Shown: positions 29,294 through 39,972, numbered from the stretch's first letter. The stretch is DNA of 64,000 bases from Candidatus Poribacteria bacterium (GCA_965215015.1 OZ244042.1:1216001-1280000); one strand, 5' to 3'. Numbers and translations are program-made. Notes: a model not told the origin generated them from the letters alone.

Positions 29294-29945
29294 TGACATA
29301 CTCCCACACCCGAAAGAGTGGGACTTCTCGCCCGTTCCTTTCGGGTGTCGAATTGCTCCATCAACGAGATGAGCCATCCAAAGATGGGCTTACAACCTCT
29401 CCTGAGAGGGTGGATGCCCCAACCCTAAAGATATTGACCGCCGCATTGTGGTCTCTATCCAACTGTGTATGGCAGTTTGGACACTGCGTCATTAAACATC
29501 TTTTGGTAAGCTTCAGTACGAGCTGCCACGTCCTGTATGGCTTGGCAGCTGGTTCCAATGTGCAAATCTATCTGTCTTTTTGAATTTAGCTATGTGTTAG
29601 CTATGTGATTGATGAGTCTAAACTTGTGGATAGACTTGCCATATATCGCATAGCAGCGTCGCTGAAGGGCAATACAATGATTCCATACCTCAGTGTGTCC
29701 CTCTATTCGTCTGGTACAACTCACGATTCCCGTGATGGCTATACATCTTGAACTTGTGGGTTTTGATGGGATGCGTCCTTTGTCCTTCATACCCGATTCA
29801 GTGGGTGTGGGGACACCAACGCGCGTTGGTGTCCCCGCGAAGGACAAAGCAAGTATACCCCATTTTGCCTACAATATCAACGTTTTTTAGATGTTAACAC
29901 CATTAGCCAATCTGTATTCCCAGCCTAAAGGATCGGGATACAGAT
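29294..29945 (-). mobile_element. tnpB: Internally deleted IS605-type tnpB element (LE, tnpB N- and C-terminal remnants, omegaRNA region, RE)
   Basis: Frameshifted N-terminus IKTHKFKMY../WNHCIALQRRCYAIYGK; C-terminal CPNCHTQLDRDHNAAVNI; RE TCCCACTCTTTCGGGTGTGGGAGTATGTCA; LE hairpin TGTATCCCGATCCTTTAGGCTGGGAATACA. Confidence 0.85.
29852..29880 (-). promoter_or_regulatory. Promoter inside the tnpB remnant pointing to M48-glnD
   Basis: TTGATA-N17-TATACT on the minus strand. Confidence 0.55.
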
Positions 29946-30056
29946 CGGAACATTATAATAATTCCTGACTGGAAGGTAATTGAAACAAATCATTCGTATT
30001 CTATCACAGCGGAGTTTACGCAGTCAAACCAAAACCCAGTGGATGTTAGAAAGCTA

Positions 30057-30085
30057 TTGACAGCGGGCATTGAGTTACTTATAAT
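30057..30085 (+). promoter_or_regulatory. Perfect-consensus sigma70 promoter
   Basis: TTGACA-N17-TATAAT. Confidence 0.75.
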
Positions 30086-30414
30086 GCAAAAAGTCACAAT
30101 CCGAAGGGGCAACTTCCTAATCGACGAGTCTCCAAATAAATCCATAAATACCAAATAAACCTCGACAGGCCAGTGCAAGATATGTAACTATATCCTTGCT
30201 CCCTAACTGATTGCCGATGCGCCTGATTGACAGGCGAATATCCCTCGTTAGATCAAAGTGGGTGCGGTTATGGACCCTTGCCAAGCGGTTCGGAACGCAA
30301 AAGTAAAATGTAAACAAACGGGTGAGTTTCAAGCTAAACATAGCTCGATGCAAATCGAACACTTTGCACGGATTTGTGCGTGGGTGTTCAGATTGAAAGG
30401 TACAGGCATTAACG

Positions 30415-31254
30415 ATGCACACAACAGTTTCTACCCTGCCAACGGTTTCACTCGGTTCGCATCAGGTGAGCCGACTCATCATCGGTGACAACCCAATCTA
30501 CGGTTATTCGCACTTCAACCGACTCCTTGCTCAACACCAACAAGAGGCACACGCCCCGGATTCGGTGATGACAACGCTGAGACACGCCGAAGCTGTCGGG
30601 ATCAACGCTTGGCAGAACACAATCACGGAGCGTTCTCTCTCCGATCTGCTGCGCTACCGGGAAGAAGGTGGCACGATCCAGTGGCTGTGCCTCAGTACAT
30701 CGCAGTGGTACGATGAGCCGCACCGTATCGCGGAAGTCGCACGGTATAATCCAATCGGTATGGCACCCCATGGCGGCGGAATTGGAGACCGTTGTCTCCG
30801 GGAAAACAGGCTCGATCTGCTCAAAGACATCCTCAAACGAATTCGGGATACCGGCGTTTTGGTCGGGTTATCCGCTCACGACCCTAAACTCATCAGCATC
30901 GCAGAGGACGAGGAGTGGGATATCGATTATTACATGGCTGCCCTCTACAACCTGCGTGGGGGAAGGGAGGAGTTTGAGGAGAAATTTGGTTACTTACCGT
31001 TGGGGGCGATCTACCTCCGTGAGCATCGTCTCAAGATGTGTGAGCAGATCCTGCAAACAGACAAACCGTGTATCGTTTTCAAAGTGCTTGCCGCCGGTCG
31101 GGCGGTTGGATCGAAGGAACAGATCCGAGAAGAGTTTGCGTTTGCGTTGAAAAACATCAAACCCAACGACGCGCTTCTCATCGGCATGTATCAAAAATTC
31201 GGAGACCAGATTGGTGAGAACGCCGCGATGGTCGCTGAAATCTGTCAAGAATGA
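30415..31254 (+). CDS. Conserved hypothetical aldo/keto reductase-like TIM-barrel protein
   Basis: VSRLIIGDNPIYGYSH, GVLVGLSAH, KPCIVFKVLAAGR motifs. Confidence 0.7.
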   Translation: MHTTVSTLPTVSLGSHQVSRLIIGDNPIYGYSHFNRLLAQHQQEAHAPDSVMTTLRHAEAVGINAWQNTITERSLSDLLRYREEGGTIQWLCLSTSQWYDEPHRIAEVARYNPIGMAPHGGGIGDRCLRENRLDLLKDILKRIRDTGVLVGLSAHDPKLISIAEDEEWDIDYYMAALYNLRGGREEFEEKFGYLPLGAIYLREHRLKMCEQILQTDKPCIVFKVLAAGRAVGSKEQIREEFAFALKNIKPNDALLIGMYQKFGDQIGENAAMVAEICQE

Positions 31255-31469
31255 TTCTTTGTCTGCTAGAGCGTGTTGACATTTATGTAAGGCGTATCCG
31301 TAATTCAGGGCACAACATCGCTGGATGCCGATATGACCCAATCGTAGGGTCGAATTTTCCAAGCCCAACAGGTTGGGGAACCCAACCCTTACGCATTCAA
31401 CAGGTATCCAGACGATTGGTTTACGCATGTGAAACACTCTCGGAACGGAGACGCATTGCATATTATTCC

Positions 31470-32237
31470 TTATCGTGCCATCCAGCCCCCATCGACAGCC
31501 AGAATATGTCCGTGAATATATGAAGCCGCCTCAGATGCAAGGAAAACCGCTGCGCCTGCAATATCATCGGGCATACCAAACCGACCAACCGGTATTCGGT
31601 TCATCAGTTCTGCGACTCGCACCGGATCGTTCAGGAGCGTACTTGCCATGTCGGTTTTGATATATCCCGGCGCAATTGCATTTACGTTAACACCCTTTGG
31701 AGCCCATTCATTGGCGAGTGCTTTCGTCAACTGTGCTACACCGCCTTTGCTCGCAGCATACGCTGATGCCCGAATACCGCCGGAAAAACTCAACAGTGAT
31801 GCGATATTAATAATCTTCCCGCTGCCACGATTAACCATAGTCCGTCCAACCTGTTGAGAAAGCAGCCACACCGCCTTCAAATTAACCCGCACCACATCAT
31901 CCCAGCGTTCCTCCGGAAAATCAACGGCATCATCGCGGTGCGTTGTGCCGGCGTTGTTGACCAGAATATCGATTCGCCCGTAAGATGCGCTCACCGCTGC
32001 AACCAGATCTGAAATGCCCTCTGTTTGGTTTAAGTCACAAGGGAAAATCTCTGCTTGAACGCCAATAGCCTGTATCTCCTGCTGAGCCTCAATGAGTGTA
32101 GATTCAGATCTTGCAACAAGTGCGAGATTCGCCCCGGCACCAGCGAGACCGACTGCGATGCCTCTTCCAATCCCTCGGCTCGCCCCAGTGACCAGGGCCA
32201 CCTGTCCTTCTAATGAAAAAAGACTGTAAATTGCCAT
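31470..32237 (-). CDS. kduD: 2-dehydro-3-deoxy-D-gluconate 5-dehydrogenase-like SDR
   Basis: FSLEGQVALVTGASRGIG, NIASLLSFSGG, YAASK, LANEWA, VDGGWMAR. Confidence 0.8.
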   Translation of the reverse strand: MAIYSLFSLEGQVALVTGASRGIGRGIAVGLAGAGANLALVARSESTLIEAQQEIQAIGVQAEIFPCDLNQTEGISDLVAAVSASYGRIDILVNNAGTTHRDDAVDFPEERWDDVVRVNLKAVWLLSQQVGRTMVNRGSGKIINIASLLSFSGGIRASAYAASKGGVAQLTKALANEWAPKGVNVNAIAPGYIKTDMASTLLNDPVRVAELMNRIPVGRFGMPDDIAGAAVFLASEAASYIHGHILAVDGGWMAR

Positions 32238-32300
32238 GCCATCCCTCCAAATTCTAAATTACTTTGTAAATTTCTAAGCTTTACTACAACTACTTGACAC

Positions 32301-32330
32301 TTGACATACTAAAACAAGCATCGGTATAAT
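32301..32330 (+). promoter_or_regulatory. Sigma70 promoter upstream of htrA
   Basis: TTGACA-N18-TATAAT. Confidence 0.6.
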
Positions 32331-32489
32331 AACATAAGTTTGAATTTTCTACCATCGTCCGGCTGCAAATCCGATTTCACAGACCCTAATCCTGTTGCGT
32401 TGTTCCGGTGCTTACGGAATTTTGGATGCTCGGCGTTGATTAGATCGTTCCAATCCGTCAACTTTCGGTACTTGATAGAGGAAAATATT

Positions 32490-33896
32490 GTGAGAAACCA
32501 TCGCTGCTTCAGTTTTGTTATAGCCTTTGTTCTGTTTCTTCTACTTTTCGCCTGTAGCAAGGCGAAACTCCACGCCGTGGATCCGCCCCACAGCACCACC
32601 TCTTCGCTGTCTGGTGTCCAATTATTAGAATCGATTGAAAATGCCTTCGTTAGTATCGCTGAAAGGAGTAACCCCGCTGTTGTAAGTATCACCGCATTCG
32701 ACGTGAAAAATCGGGGAGCCCGCGCTCGAGGTGCCGACCGACAGGAGGGAACGGGGTTTATCTTTCGCAAAGATGGTTATATTTTAACCAATAACCATGT
32801 TGTAAACGGTGCAAAACGGATTACAGTCCGCCTATTCGATGGCAGAGAGTTCGAGGCGGCTCAATTGGTTGGAGTTGACCCAAACACAGACATCGCCGTG
32901 TTAAAAATTGATGCACAGGGCGAGCTTCCCGCACTTCCTTTTGCCGATTCGGATAGGGTGAAAGTCGGGCAGTTTGCAATCGCAATCGGTAATCCATTCC
33001 AGCTTAATTACACAGTGACCACCGGGATTGTTAGTGGAAAGGGACGTTCGCTAGTGCCAGCGTTTATGATTCGCTATCAAGATTTTATCCAGACTGATGC
33101 GTGGATCAACCGAGGCAATAGCGGCGGCCCCTTGCTTAATATCCACGGCGAAGTCATCGGCATCAACGCTGCAATTCGACGCCCGGACAATGTCCCGGCA
33201 ACAGAGGCAGTCAAAGCCGGTGCCGGTTTTGCTATCCCCATCAACCTCGTGAAGAAGGTCAGTGACCAGCTCGTTACAAACGGACAGGTGATACGCGGGT
33301 GGCTAGGGATTTTTATGAGGCAACATGCTGAAGGGATTCGGGTGACTGGATTTTCTAGTCCATCACCTGCCAAACAAGGTGGGATAGAGGTGGGAGATAT
33401 CATTGTCGAATACAATGGGGGTGAAACGCGAGAAGTGCGTAAATTTAGTTTTCTTATCGCCGAGTCCAGGGTTGGTGAGGAAGCGGCGTTTACAGTCCTC
33501 CGCCGCGGAGAGCGCAGAAAACTCTCCGTAACAATTGGCAGGATGCCGCTGCTTTACACGGGGCTAGCAATGGAGTCAGATTCGACGTCTTGGACGAAGC
33601 TGGGGATAGTTGTTCGTGAGCTAGGGAACCATCACTTTGAACGTTACACCTACCTAAGCTTAGAGGATGAAGGGGTCATTATTGATGAGGTGCGTCTCGG
33701 CGGACCTGTTCCCAGCGCAGGGATACCGCAAGGAACATTAATTGTGGCGATTAACGGTCAACGAATCAAAAACATGGAGGATTACGACAAAGCATTGCAA
33801 GACGCACTTGATAAGTCGGAAATCTCTTTTGAAATCAAGAATGTTTATACTGAAAAAGGGACGGAAACGGTTACAGTTAAAATCAATCAGGAGTGA
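32490..33896 (+). CDS. htrA: HtrA/DegP-family serine protease with two PDZ domains, lipoprotein
   Basis: GTG start after GAGG, lipobox LFAC, TNNHV, DIAV, GNSGGP, PDZ repeats. Confidence 0.9.
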   Translation: MRNHRCFSFVIAFVLFLLLFACSKAKLHAVDPPHSTTSSLSGVQLLESIENAFVSIAERSNPAVVSITAFDVKNRGARARGADRQEGTGFIFRKDGYILTNNHVVNGAKRITVRLFDGREFEAAQLVGVDPNTDIAVLKIDAQGELPALPFADSDRVKVGQFAIAIGNPFQLNYTVTTGIVSGKGRSLVPAFMIRYQDFIQTDAWINRGNSGGPLLNIHGEVIGINAAIRRPDNVPATEAVKAGAGFAIPINLVKKVSDQLVTNGQVIRGWLGIFMRQHAEGIRVTGFSSPSPAKQGGIEVGDIIVEYNGGETREVRKFSFLIAESRVGEEAAFTVLRRGERRKLSVTIGRMPLLYTGLAMESDSTSWTKLGIVVRELGNHHFERYTYLSLEDEGVIIDEVRLGGPVPSAGIPQGTLIVAINGQRIKNMEDYDKALQDALDKSEISFEIKNVYTEKGTETVTVKINQE

Positions 33897-34024
33897 AATA
33901 TCGAATTGACGAAGATGTAGCGGGTGAAACCTAATACCAATTCTCCGCTCCCCGCCGAGGAACAGCGATTAAATCACTCCTAAATGTCTCAGTTATCTGG
34001 GTTTTGGTTGTACGGAAGGTAGCA

Positions 34025-36001
34025 ATGAAAAAACATCTATCAAATTTACGGGAAGTCCTTGGTCCCGATGGATTGATTGCGAAACAGCTTGCTGGCTATG
34101 AATTCCGACCGCAACAGCTTGAAATGGCGGAAGCGGTTGCCAGTGCGCTGTCGTCCGATGAGCACCTTGTAGTTGAAGCGGGCACAGGTGTTGGTAAAAG
34201 TTTTGCCTACCTCCTACCTGCAATCAATCTCGCGCTTGATACCCACGAGCCGGTAATCATTTCGACCAATACTATTAACCTGCAAGAACAATTGATTTAC
34301 AAAGATATACCGTTTCTCCAACAGGTGCTCCCACAGCCTTTCACCGCTGCGCTCGCCAAAGGGCGTGGCAACTATCTTTCGCGCCGTCGGCTAGACAGCC
34401 TGTTGACTTATGAGCAGGGGCTATTTGATACAAAGGAAGAGGTGGAGGACCTCGCTCGCATTAAGGAATGGGTCAATGTCACTGAAGACGGAAGTAAGGC
34501 AGACCTTGAGCCGCAACCGATGTTTGAAATTTGGAATAAGGTGGCTTCAGATACCGATAACTGCTTGCGACAGAGATGTCCGACCTACGATACATGCTTC
34601 TACTTCAAAGCGCGGGCGCAGGTGAATGAAGCTGACCTGATAATTGTGAACCATCACCTGCTTTTTGCAGATTGGGCACTTCGAAAAGCCAATCCTTATG
34701 CCGCCATATTGCCAGAATATAGGCACCTCATCCTTGATGAAGCACATCACCTTGAAGCAACCGCTACGGAACACACAAGTGTTGAGTTGAGCAATACGCG
34801 GGTCAAGAGGTTCTTGGATTCTCTTTGTAACCCACAGGGAAAGGGAGGGCTTTTTATCCGATTTGAATCGACGGGTTCAATTCGGCTTGTCCAGGACGCA
34901 CGGGAGGAAGCAAACCAACAGTTTGCTTTGATTATGAGCTGGTTAGAACGGCAAGGGGGGAGGGACCGAGGGCATGGAATCACGCAAACCGTCGATCAAG
35001 CCGATTTCGTGCACAATGTGTTGGATACCCCCTTGGGCGAGCTTCAATCTCGATTAAAATCGATGAAAGATACCGCTACAACTGAAGATGATCAGCAAGA
35101 GATTGATGCCCATCTGCGTCGTTGTCGTGAACTCCGTAACGACTTGGATGTGATGGTTAGCCACACACTACCAGATTACGTCTACTGGATCAATACCTCG
35201 ACGCGAGGACGATCTGATCGAGTTGTGCTACACGCGACCCCAATCAATGTGAGTGAGGAACTGAACACCCACCTGTTTGAAAAGCTAGACAGCATCATCA
35301 TGACCAGTGCTACACTGGCGACCAACCAGAATTTCGACTACTTTCGGGGGCGGATTGGTCTCTCCGACTCCCGTGAATTACTTGTCGGATCACCCTTTAA
35401 CTATCAAGAGCAGGTTGAAATCCATATCCCTTCGCGGATGCCAGATCCACGAGACCGTACCTTCACGCGATCCGCTACCACGCAAATCTTGAATTACCTC
35501 AGGCTAACGCATGGCAAAGCCTTTGTCCTATTTACAAGCTACCGAATGATGGACGAGGTTTACGAGGGAGTTCAACCTTATCTTGAGCAGCTTGGGATTG
35601 ATGTGCTCAAACAAGGGGGTGGGCTTTCGCGCAGCGCGATGTTGACAGAATTTAGGGAGAACATAAATTCTGTTCTGTTTGGAACTTCCAGTTTTTGGGA
35701 GGGAGTTGACGTGCGGGGCGAAGCACTCAGTAGCGTGATTATTACCAAACTACCTTTTGAAGTACCCACACATCCGGTGATAGAAGCGAGAGTCAAGCAA
35801 ATCGAAGAGCGGGGGGGAAATCCATTTATGGAGTTTAGCTTGCCGGAAGCGATTATCCGGTTCAAACAAGGGTTTGGACGTTTAATCCGCACAAAAACGG
35901 ACACCGGAATTTTCGTTGCCCTCGATTCGCGCATTAAAACCAAGTTTTATGGCAAGCAGTTTTTGAACTCGCTGCCACCCTGTAAAATCGTAAGGGGCTG
36001 A
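34025..36001 (+). CDS. dinG: DinG/YoaA-family ATP-dependent helicase
   Basis: EAGTGVGKS, DEAHH, TSATL, FWEGVD, QGFGRLIR. Confidence 0.92.
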   Translation: MKKHLSNLREVLGPDGLIAKQLAGYEFRPQQLEMAEAVASALSSDEHLVVEAGTGVGKSFAYLLPAINLALDTHEPVIISTNTINLQEQLIYKDIPFLQQVLPQPFTAALAKGRGNYLSRRRLDSLLTYEQGLFDTKEEVEDLARIKEWVNVTEDGSKADLEPQPMFEIWNKVASDTDNCLRQRCPTYDTCFYFKARAQVNEADLIIVNHHLLFADWALRKANPYAAILPEYRHLILDEAHHLEATATEHTSVELSNTRVKRFLDSLCNPQGKGGLFIRFESTGSIRLVQDAREEANQQFALIMSWLERQGGRDRGHGITQTVDQADFVHNVLDTPLGELQSRLKSMKDTATTEDDQQEIDAHLRRCRELRNDLDVMVSHTLPDYVYWINTSTRGRSDRVVLHATPINVSEELNTHLFEKLDSIIMTSATLATNQNFDYFRGRIGLSDSRELLVGSPFNYQEQVEIHIPSRMPDPRDRTFTRSATTQILNYLRLTHGKAFVLFTSYRMMDEVYEGVQPYLEQLGIDVLKQGGGLSRSAMLTEFRENINSVLFGTSSFWEGVDVRGEALSSVIITKLPFEVPTHPVIEARVKQIEERGGNPFMEFSLPEAIIRFKQGFGRLIRTKTDTGIFVALDSRIKTKFYGKQFLNSLPPCKIVRG

Positions 36002-36084
36002 CGGTACAGGATAAAACGTAACGAGTGCAAGTGATGAGTGCCCCCATCCGGTTTCACTCATCACTTGACACTCATTATTGATCG

Positions 36085-36864
36085 CTAGTATCGATGCGGT
36101 GCCGGTTGTGCTAGCCGAATTCCTTTATGGTGCACGAAGGGAAATTCGTATACCAACCTTTTATAACGAGTGGCGGTACCTTCCGGCGGTTTAATCTCAA
36201 GCGGAATGATAACTGTTAATGTTTCAGCGTTGTGCTTCATCTGATAGAATGGGAGAAAACCCTCGATGCTCTCGCCGGGTTGTATCCCCTTTTCCGTGTC
36301 TGGCAGCTGTGTTTCTATCAAAATCTCTCTCGCCTTTCTAAGTCCGTTCTTAACATATATTCCCGCAGCACGAGACATGTAAGTCAAACGTTCTTTTAGG
36401 GCATTGTAATCTAATGACCCATAACGGTTCTCCCCTTGATCGACCATCTCGCAGGGAACTTGTCGGGTGCCCTTGATTCGATAGACAACGGGGGTGACGG
36501 CATTGTTTGTGATTTTAAGGTAAAAGACATCCGTTTTGTCGCCCTGATGGAGTGCTTCTGTTTCATAGAACGGCGAGTAGGCGTTTCCACGATTATACTT
36601 GCGATCAAGGTCTGCACGACGCCAGTAGACAATCTCAACTTTAACATCATCCTTAGTCATTGAGAGTATTTTTCCCGTGGGCGGTCTAATTTTAAATGCG
36701 TCTGGATTACCCCCTTCAAGGATAACATTCTCTGGTAACATATCAGCCGGTTGAACCGGAGGAAGATTTTTTAGTGAGGTCCCCGCTGCACAGCCAGCGA
36801 CCGATAGGATGAATACAAAAAGCCCAGCACTACTTATCCATGAGTTTCCATTTAATTTTTTCAT
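36085..36864 (-). CDS. Hypothetical lipoprotein
   Basis: 259-aa ORF from MKKL with lipobox VAGC and GAGG RBS. Confidence 0.7.
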   Translation of the reverse strand: MKKLNGNSWISSAGLFVFILSVAGCAAGTSLKNLPPVQPADMLPENVILEGGNPDAFKIRPPTGKILSMTKDDVKVEIVYWRRADLDRKYNRGNAYSPFYETEALHQGDKTDVFYLKITNNAVTPVVYRIKGTRQVPCEMVDQGENRYGSLDYNALKERLTYMSRAAGIYVKNGLRKAREILIETQLPDTEKGIQPGESIEGFLPFYQMKHNAETLTVIIPLEIKPPEGTATRYKRLVYEFPFVHHKGIRLAQPAPHRY

Positions 36865-37146
36865 GGTGACTTTGCCTCCTTGTTCGTCCATCACTCATAA
36901 TGGACGTTTTATTAATTAAACATAAATGTTTCGATATTCGCGCTTTTGCCTTGGCATCCAAAAATCTATCAAATGATGTCGGGGCACTTTATGTAACTCG
37001 ACGGTGTCGAGGATTTCTCATTAGTTTGCTAGTATAGCATACCTTCACTTTTAATTCAAACACAAAATTGACTCGGTGCTTCAGAAAACCACATCGAGTT
37101 TATTGACCAACCGGTAAATTTAACCTATACATCGTCAGACAATTTT

Positions 37147-37397
37147 TAGGAATTACGCACTTCAGTAGGGAACTCGTTGTTCCCTAGTACCTCCTTATGG
37201 GGTCTGTCCGATTCATCGGACGTTGACAACGGTGTCCTGCGGCGAGGAATCGCCGAAAGATACCAGGACTATTGCGCCACACGATTGGCTCAATCCACCC
37301 GGAACATTGCGCGAGAGTCCGGGTGTTTTCAACCCACCCGAACAGCCATGCAGCAGTGCTTGGTGTTCCCTTTGAGGGTTCAACTGCATAAGTCCTA
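37147..37397. mobile_element. MITE-like element with internal REP hairpins
   Basis: Terminal inverted repeats TAGGAATTACGCA / TGCATAAGTCCTA. Confidence 0.6.
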
Positions 37398-37744
37398 AAA
37401 TTTAACAGGTCTGCCTCTGTATAGTTGATAGGGTTCAACAATTGTTGAACCCTACAATGGGGATTCGATCGGTAAGGTGACATAACCTCTGCTCACCCCA
37501 AATTGTAGCAGATGGCTGAAATTCCCTGTGCACTGTTTAAGTCTCTGCACATCGGGATATAGATAGTATATCACATCATGGTGTAATTTCAACTTCAAAG
37601 GGGTCATTTTCTGTATTTGCACCGGGCAATTACACCCCGTTCTGCCAATTCTGCCTTTACATAATGCGCCGGCATCTGGGGTGATTTCCATTGTCCCGCG
37701 ACCTGCATATCCACAATTGACGCTCCTGCTTGTGCAAGTCATAG

Positions 37745-38035
37745 CGCGCTCCCCACACGAAGCGAATGCCCACTGATTAATCTTTGCCTTGTACCTCTCT
37801 ATCGCTTGCATCGCGCTATCCCCCACATACAGCTCTTCACCCTTTGACAATCGGTTTTGCTTAATACAATCCGTAACGTGTTGTCTTGGAGGGCTCGACG
37901 TTGACCACCACCGCTTCACTAATCCGCAACAGGCAATCGCTCATCAATCGAATCAACCCCGAGTCTCTCAATCCTACCACTGTTTGCTCAGCTTCGGCAT
38001 AGGCACAGACCTGGTCCACGTCACACCATCCGATG
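37745..38035 (-). pseudogene. Frameshifted fragment of a Cre-like tyrosine recombinase
   Basis: Joining three frames gives VDQVCAYAEAEQTVVGLRDSGLIRLMSDCLLRISEAVVVNVE / LQDNTLRIVLSKTD / GEELYVGDSAMQAIERY, i.e. RD..L...LRxSE box I plus the SKTD motif. Confidence 0.7.
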
Positions 38036-38166
38036 TCATTGAGTTGCCCTCATAAACATTATCAAGTTTTTTTTCTAAAATGAGGAGCGATAACAATACA
38101 CTATCTACTATTCGCCAAACCCTTTATCTCTAGGGGTGATACCGCTTTTTCTATTTCGCTGGCTCA

Positions 38167-38991
38167 CTAGGTGAGCTTCTCCATCGTTTTCCGGTAGCGT
38201 TTCTCCATCTCCGGCTTCTGCAGCTGCAAGTACTCCTGTTCGGCACAACGTGCCATCTTTTGTGATGGGGGGGCGGGGATATCGATGACGGCGGTTGAGA
38301 TTTGGTCGTTGCCCCACTTGTAAGCGACAATCTCACCCTTGCTGATGATGAGGTTCATGCCGACATTCGCTTCGACGATTGGCACTCCGTTTTCCCGCGC
38401 CCGTGCAAGCACTGCCTCGTTTTGCCCTTTGCTTTTCGATCCATAGGATGGGATGAGGATGAGGCGTGCCCCATCAAGAACAAGTGTACGCGCTATCATC
38501 GGATTCCATCGGTCATTGCAGATGACCGCCCCGGCACGACCGATCGGTGTATCAAAAGCGCGCAATGCCTTGCCGATACGGTTAAAGTTCCAAGAGGGAT
38601 GGGTGCCTTCAGCAAGCTGTGTTTTGTGATATTTGCCACAAATTTCACCGTTGTGATCGATAAACACCGCGCAGTTGTAAGCCTCATCCGCAATACGCTC
38701 GGCGAAACCGAAGCAGAGACAAATCCCCAACTGTTTGGCAAGCTGCTGAAAACGCTGAATATAGGGTCCATCAATTGGCTCGGCAATATCTATCAACCGC
38801 TCCGCCGTTTCTCGATTCTCAATGACCTCCATGACGACATAGCCCTCAAGTGCCCCTTCTGTCGTCAAAATCACCTGTGGCTGCTCCTTGGCGGCTTCAA
38901 CAAAAAATGCCTCCATCTTGTCAGCGTTTGCGGCTTTATCCCACTTCTTTGGTTTAATCGAAATCGCTGCGACCTTGACTGAGTTATACAT
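38167..38991 (-). CDS. Carbon-nitrogen hydrolase (nitrilase family)
   Basis: E-K-C triad: TEGAL, YHKTQL, ICND. Confidence 0.9.
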   Translation of the reverse strand: MYNSVKVAAISIKPKKWDKAANADKMEAFFVEAAKEQPQVILTTEGALEGYVVMEVIENRETAERLIDIAEPIDGPYIQRFQQLAKQLGICLCFGFAERIADEAYNCAVFIDHNGEICGKYHKTQLAEGTHPSWNFNRIGKALRAFDTPIGRAGAVICNDRWNPMIARTLVLDGARLILIPSYGSKSKGQNEAVLARARENGVPIVEANVGMNLIISKGEIVAYKWGNDQISTAVIDIPAPPSQKMARCAEQEYLQLQKPEMEKRYRKTMEKLT

Positions 38992-39036
38992 GCTTCACCT
39001 CTCTATACCTGACGAGTACCCACTTTCTATGGGATT

Positions 39037-39972
39037 TTAGTGAAAGGGCCAGGTGCCCGGGTTGATTTGGTCTGGACTTACGATAATCTCTCGCAGGGCG
39101 TCTAATAGCTCCGGCGGAAGCGGGTCGGCCCCTGCAAATGACACAATTTCCTGCAACTCATGGGCGCGACTCGTGCCCACCAACGCGGTGGAAACCGCAG
39201 GATGCGCGAGCACAAAACGGTAAGCCAATTCCGGCAAGCTGTTAGCTTGTGCACCACACAATGAATTTACCCCATCGATTACCGTCCGCAGTTCGCGGAG
39301 CTCTTCGGGAAGGTATGCGTAACGATAGGTCAATGCGCCTTTCAGGAGGACGGATCGGATAACAATCCCCACATCGTTTTCTTTAGCCAGCGGCAATACC
39401 CGTTCTTCAAACTGACGGTCTAATAGATTATAGGCAACCTGTATGCAGTCGAAACGACCATCTTTTAACACGGCTAACGGCGCAGCTTCGCCATAGGTGG
39501 TTGTGCCGATAAAACGGGCGTAACCTACCTGTTGCGCTCGCTGCATAATCTCTACGATTTCCCCGCGTTGAATGAGCTCAGGAGTGGCATTGTGAATGTA
39601 GAGAAGGTCAATGATGTCTGTCTGTAGTGCTCGCAAGGATTCGGTGATTGATGTTTCCACCTGCTTTCGCAACTCGATGCCGGTATACTCCTTCCAACTC
39701 AAGGAGGAAATCTTCGTCGCAAGAATATATTCGTTCCGACGCGATTTCAGTGCCCACCCAATAATGGCTTCGCTCCCCCCATAAGCCCGCGCAGTATCGA
39801 TTAAATTGACGCCCAAATCGAGCGCACAGTTGAGTAAGCGGGCGGCCTCCGCCTCGGACGGTTGTCGATGTTCTCCCTGCACAGGGATACCGTAGTCCAT
39901 TCCTAGCTCTACAGTCCCCAGCGAAATCTCCGATACTTGCAGGTTGGTCCGCCCCAAACGACGATAGTTCAT
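39037..39972 (-). CDS. Aldo/keto reductase
   Basis: MNYRRLGRTNLQVSEISLGT, IDTARAYG, LATK, DLLYIH. Confidence 0.92.
   Translation of the reverse strand: MNYRRLGRTNLQVSEISLGTVELGMDYGIPVQGEHRQPSEAEAARLLNCALDLGVNLIDTARAYGGSEAIIGWALKSRRNEYILATKISSLSWKEYTGIELRKQVETSITESLRALQTDIIDLLYIHNATPELIQRGEIVEIMQRAQQVGYARFIGTTTYGEAAPLAVLKDGRFDCIQVAYNLLDRQFEERVLPLAKENDVGIVIRSVLLKGALTYRYAYLPEELRELRTVIDGVNSLCGAQANSLPELAYRFVLAHPAVSTALVGTSRAHELQEIVSFAGADPLPPELLDALREIIVSPDQINPGTWPFH

Noticed and set aside
37452-37919. 155-aa ORF as an intact gene
   Set aside because: Only part matches the recombinase relic; the rest is read-through into non-coding DNA.
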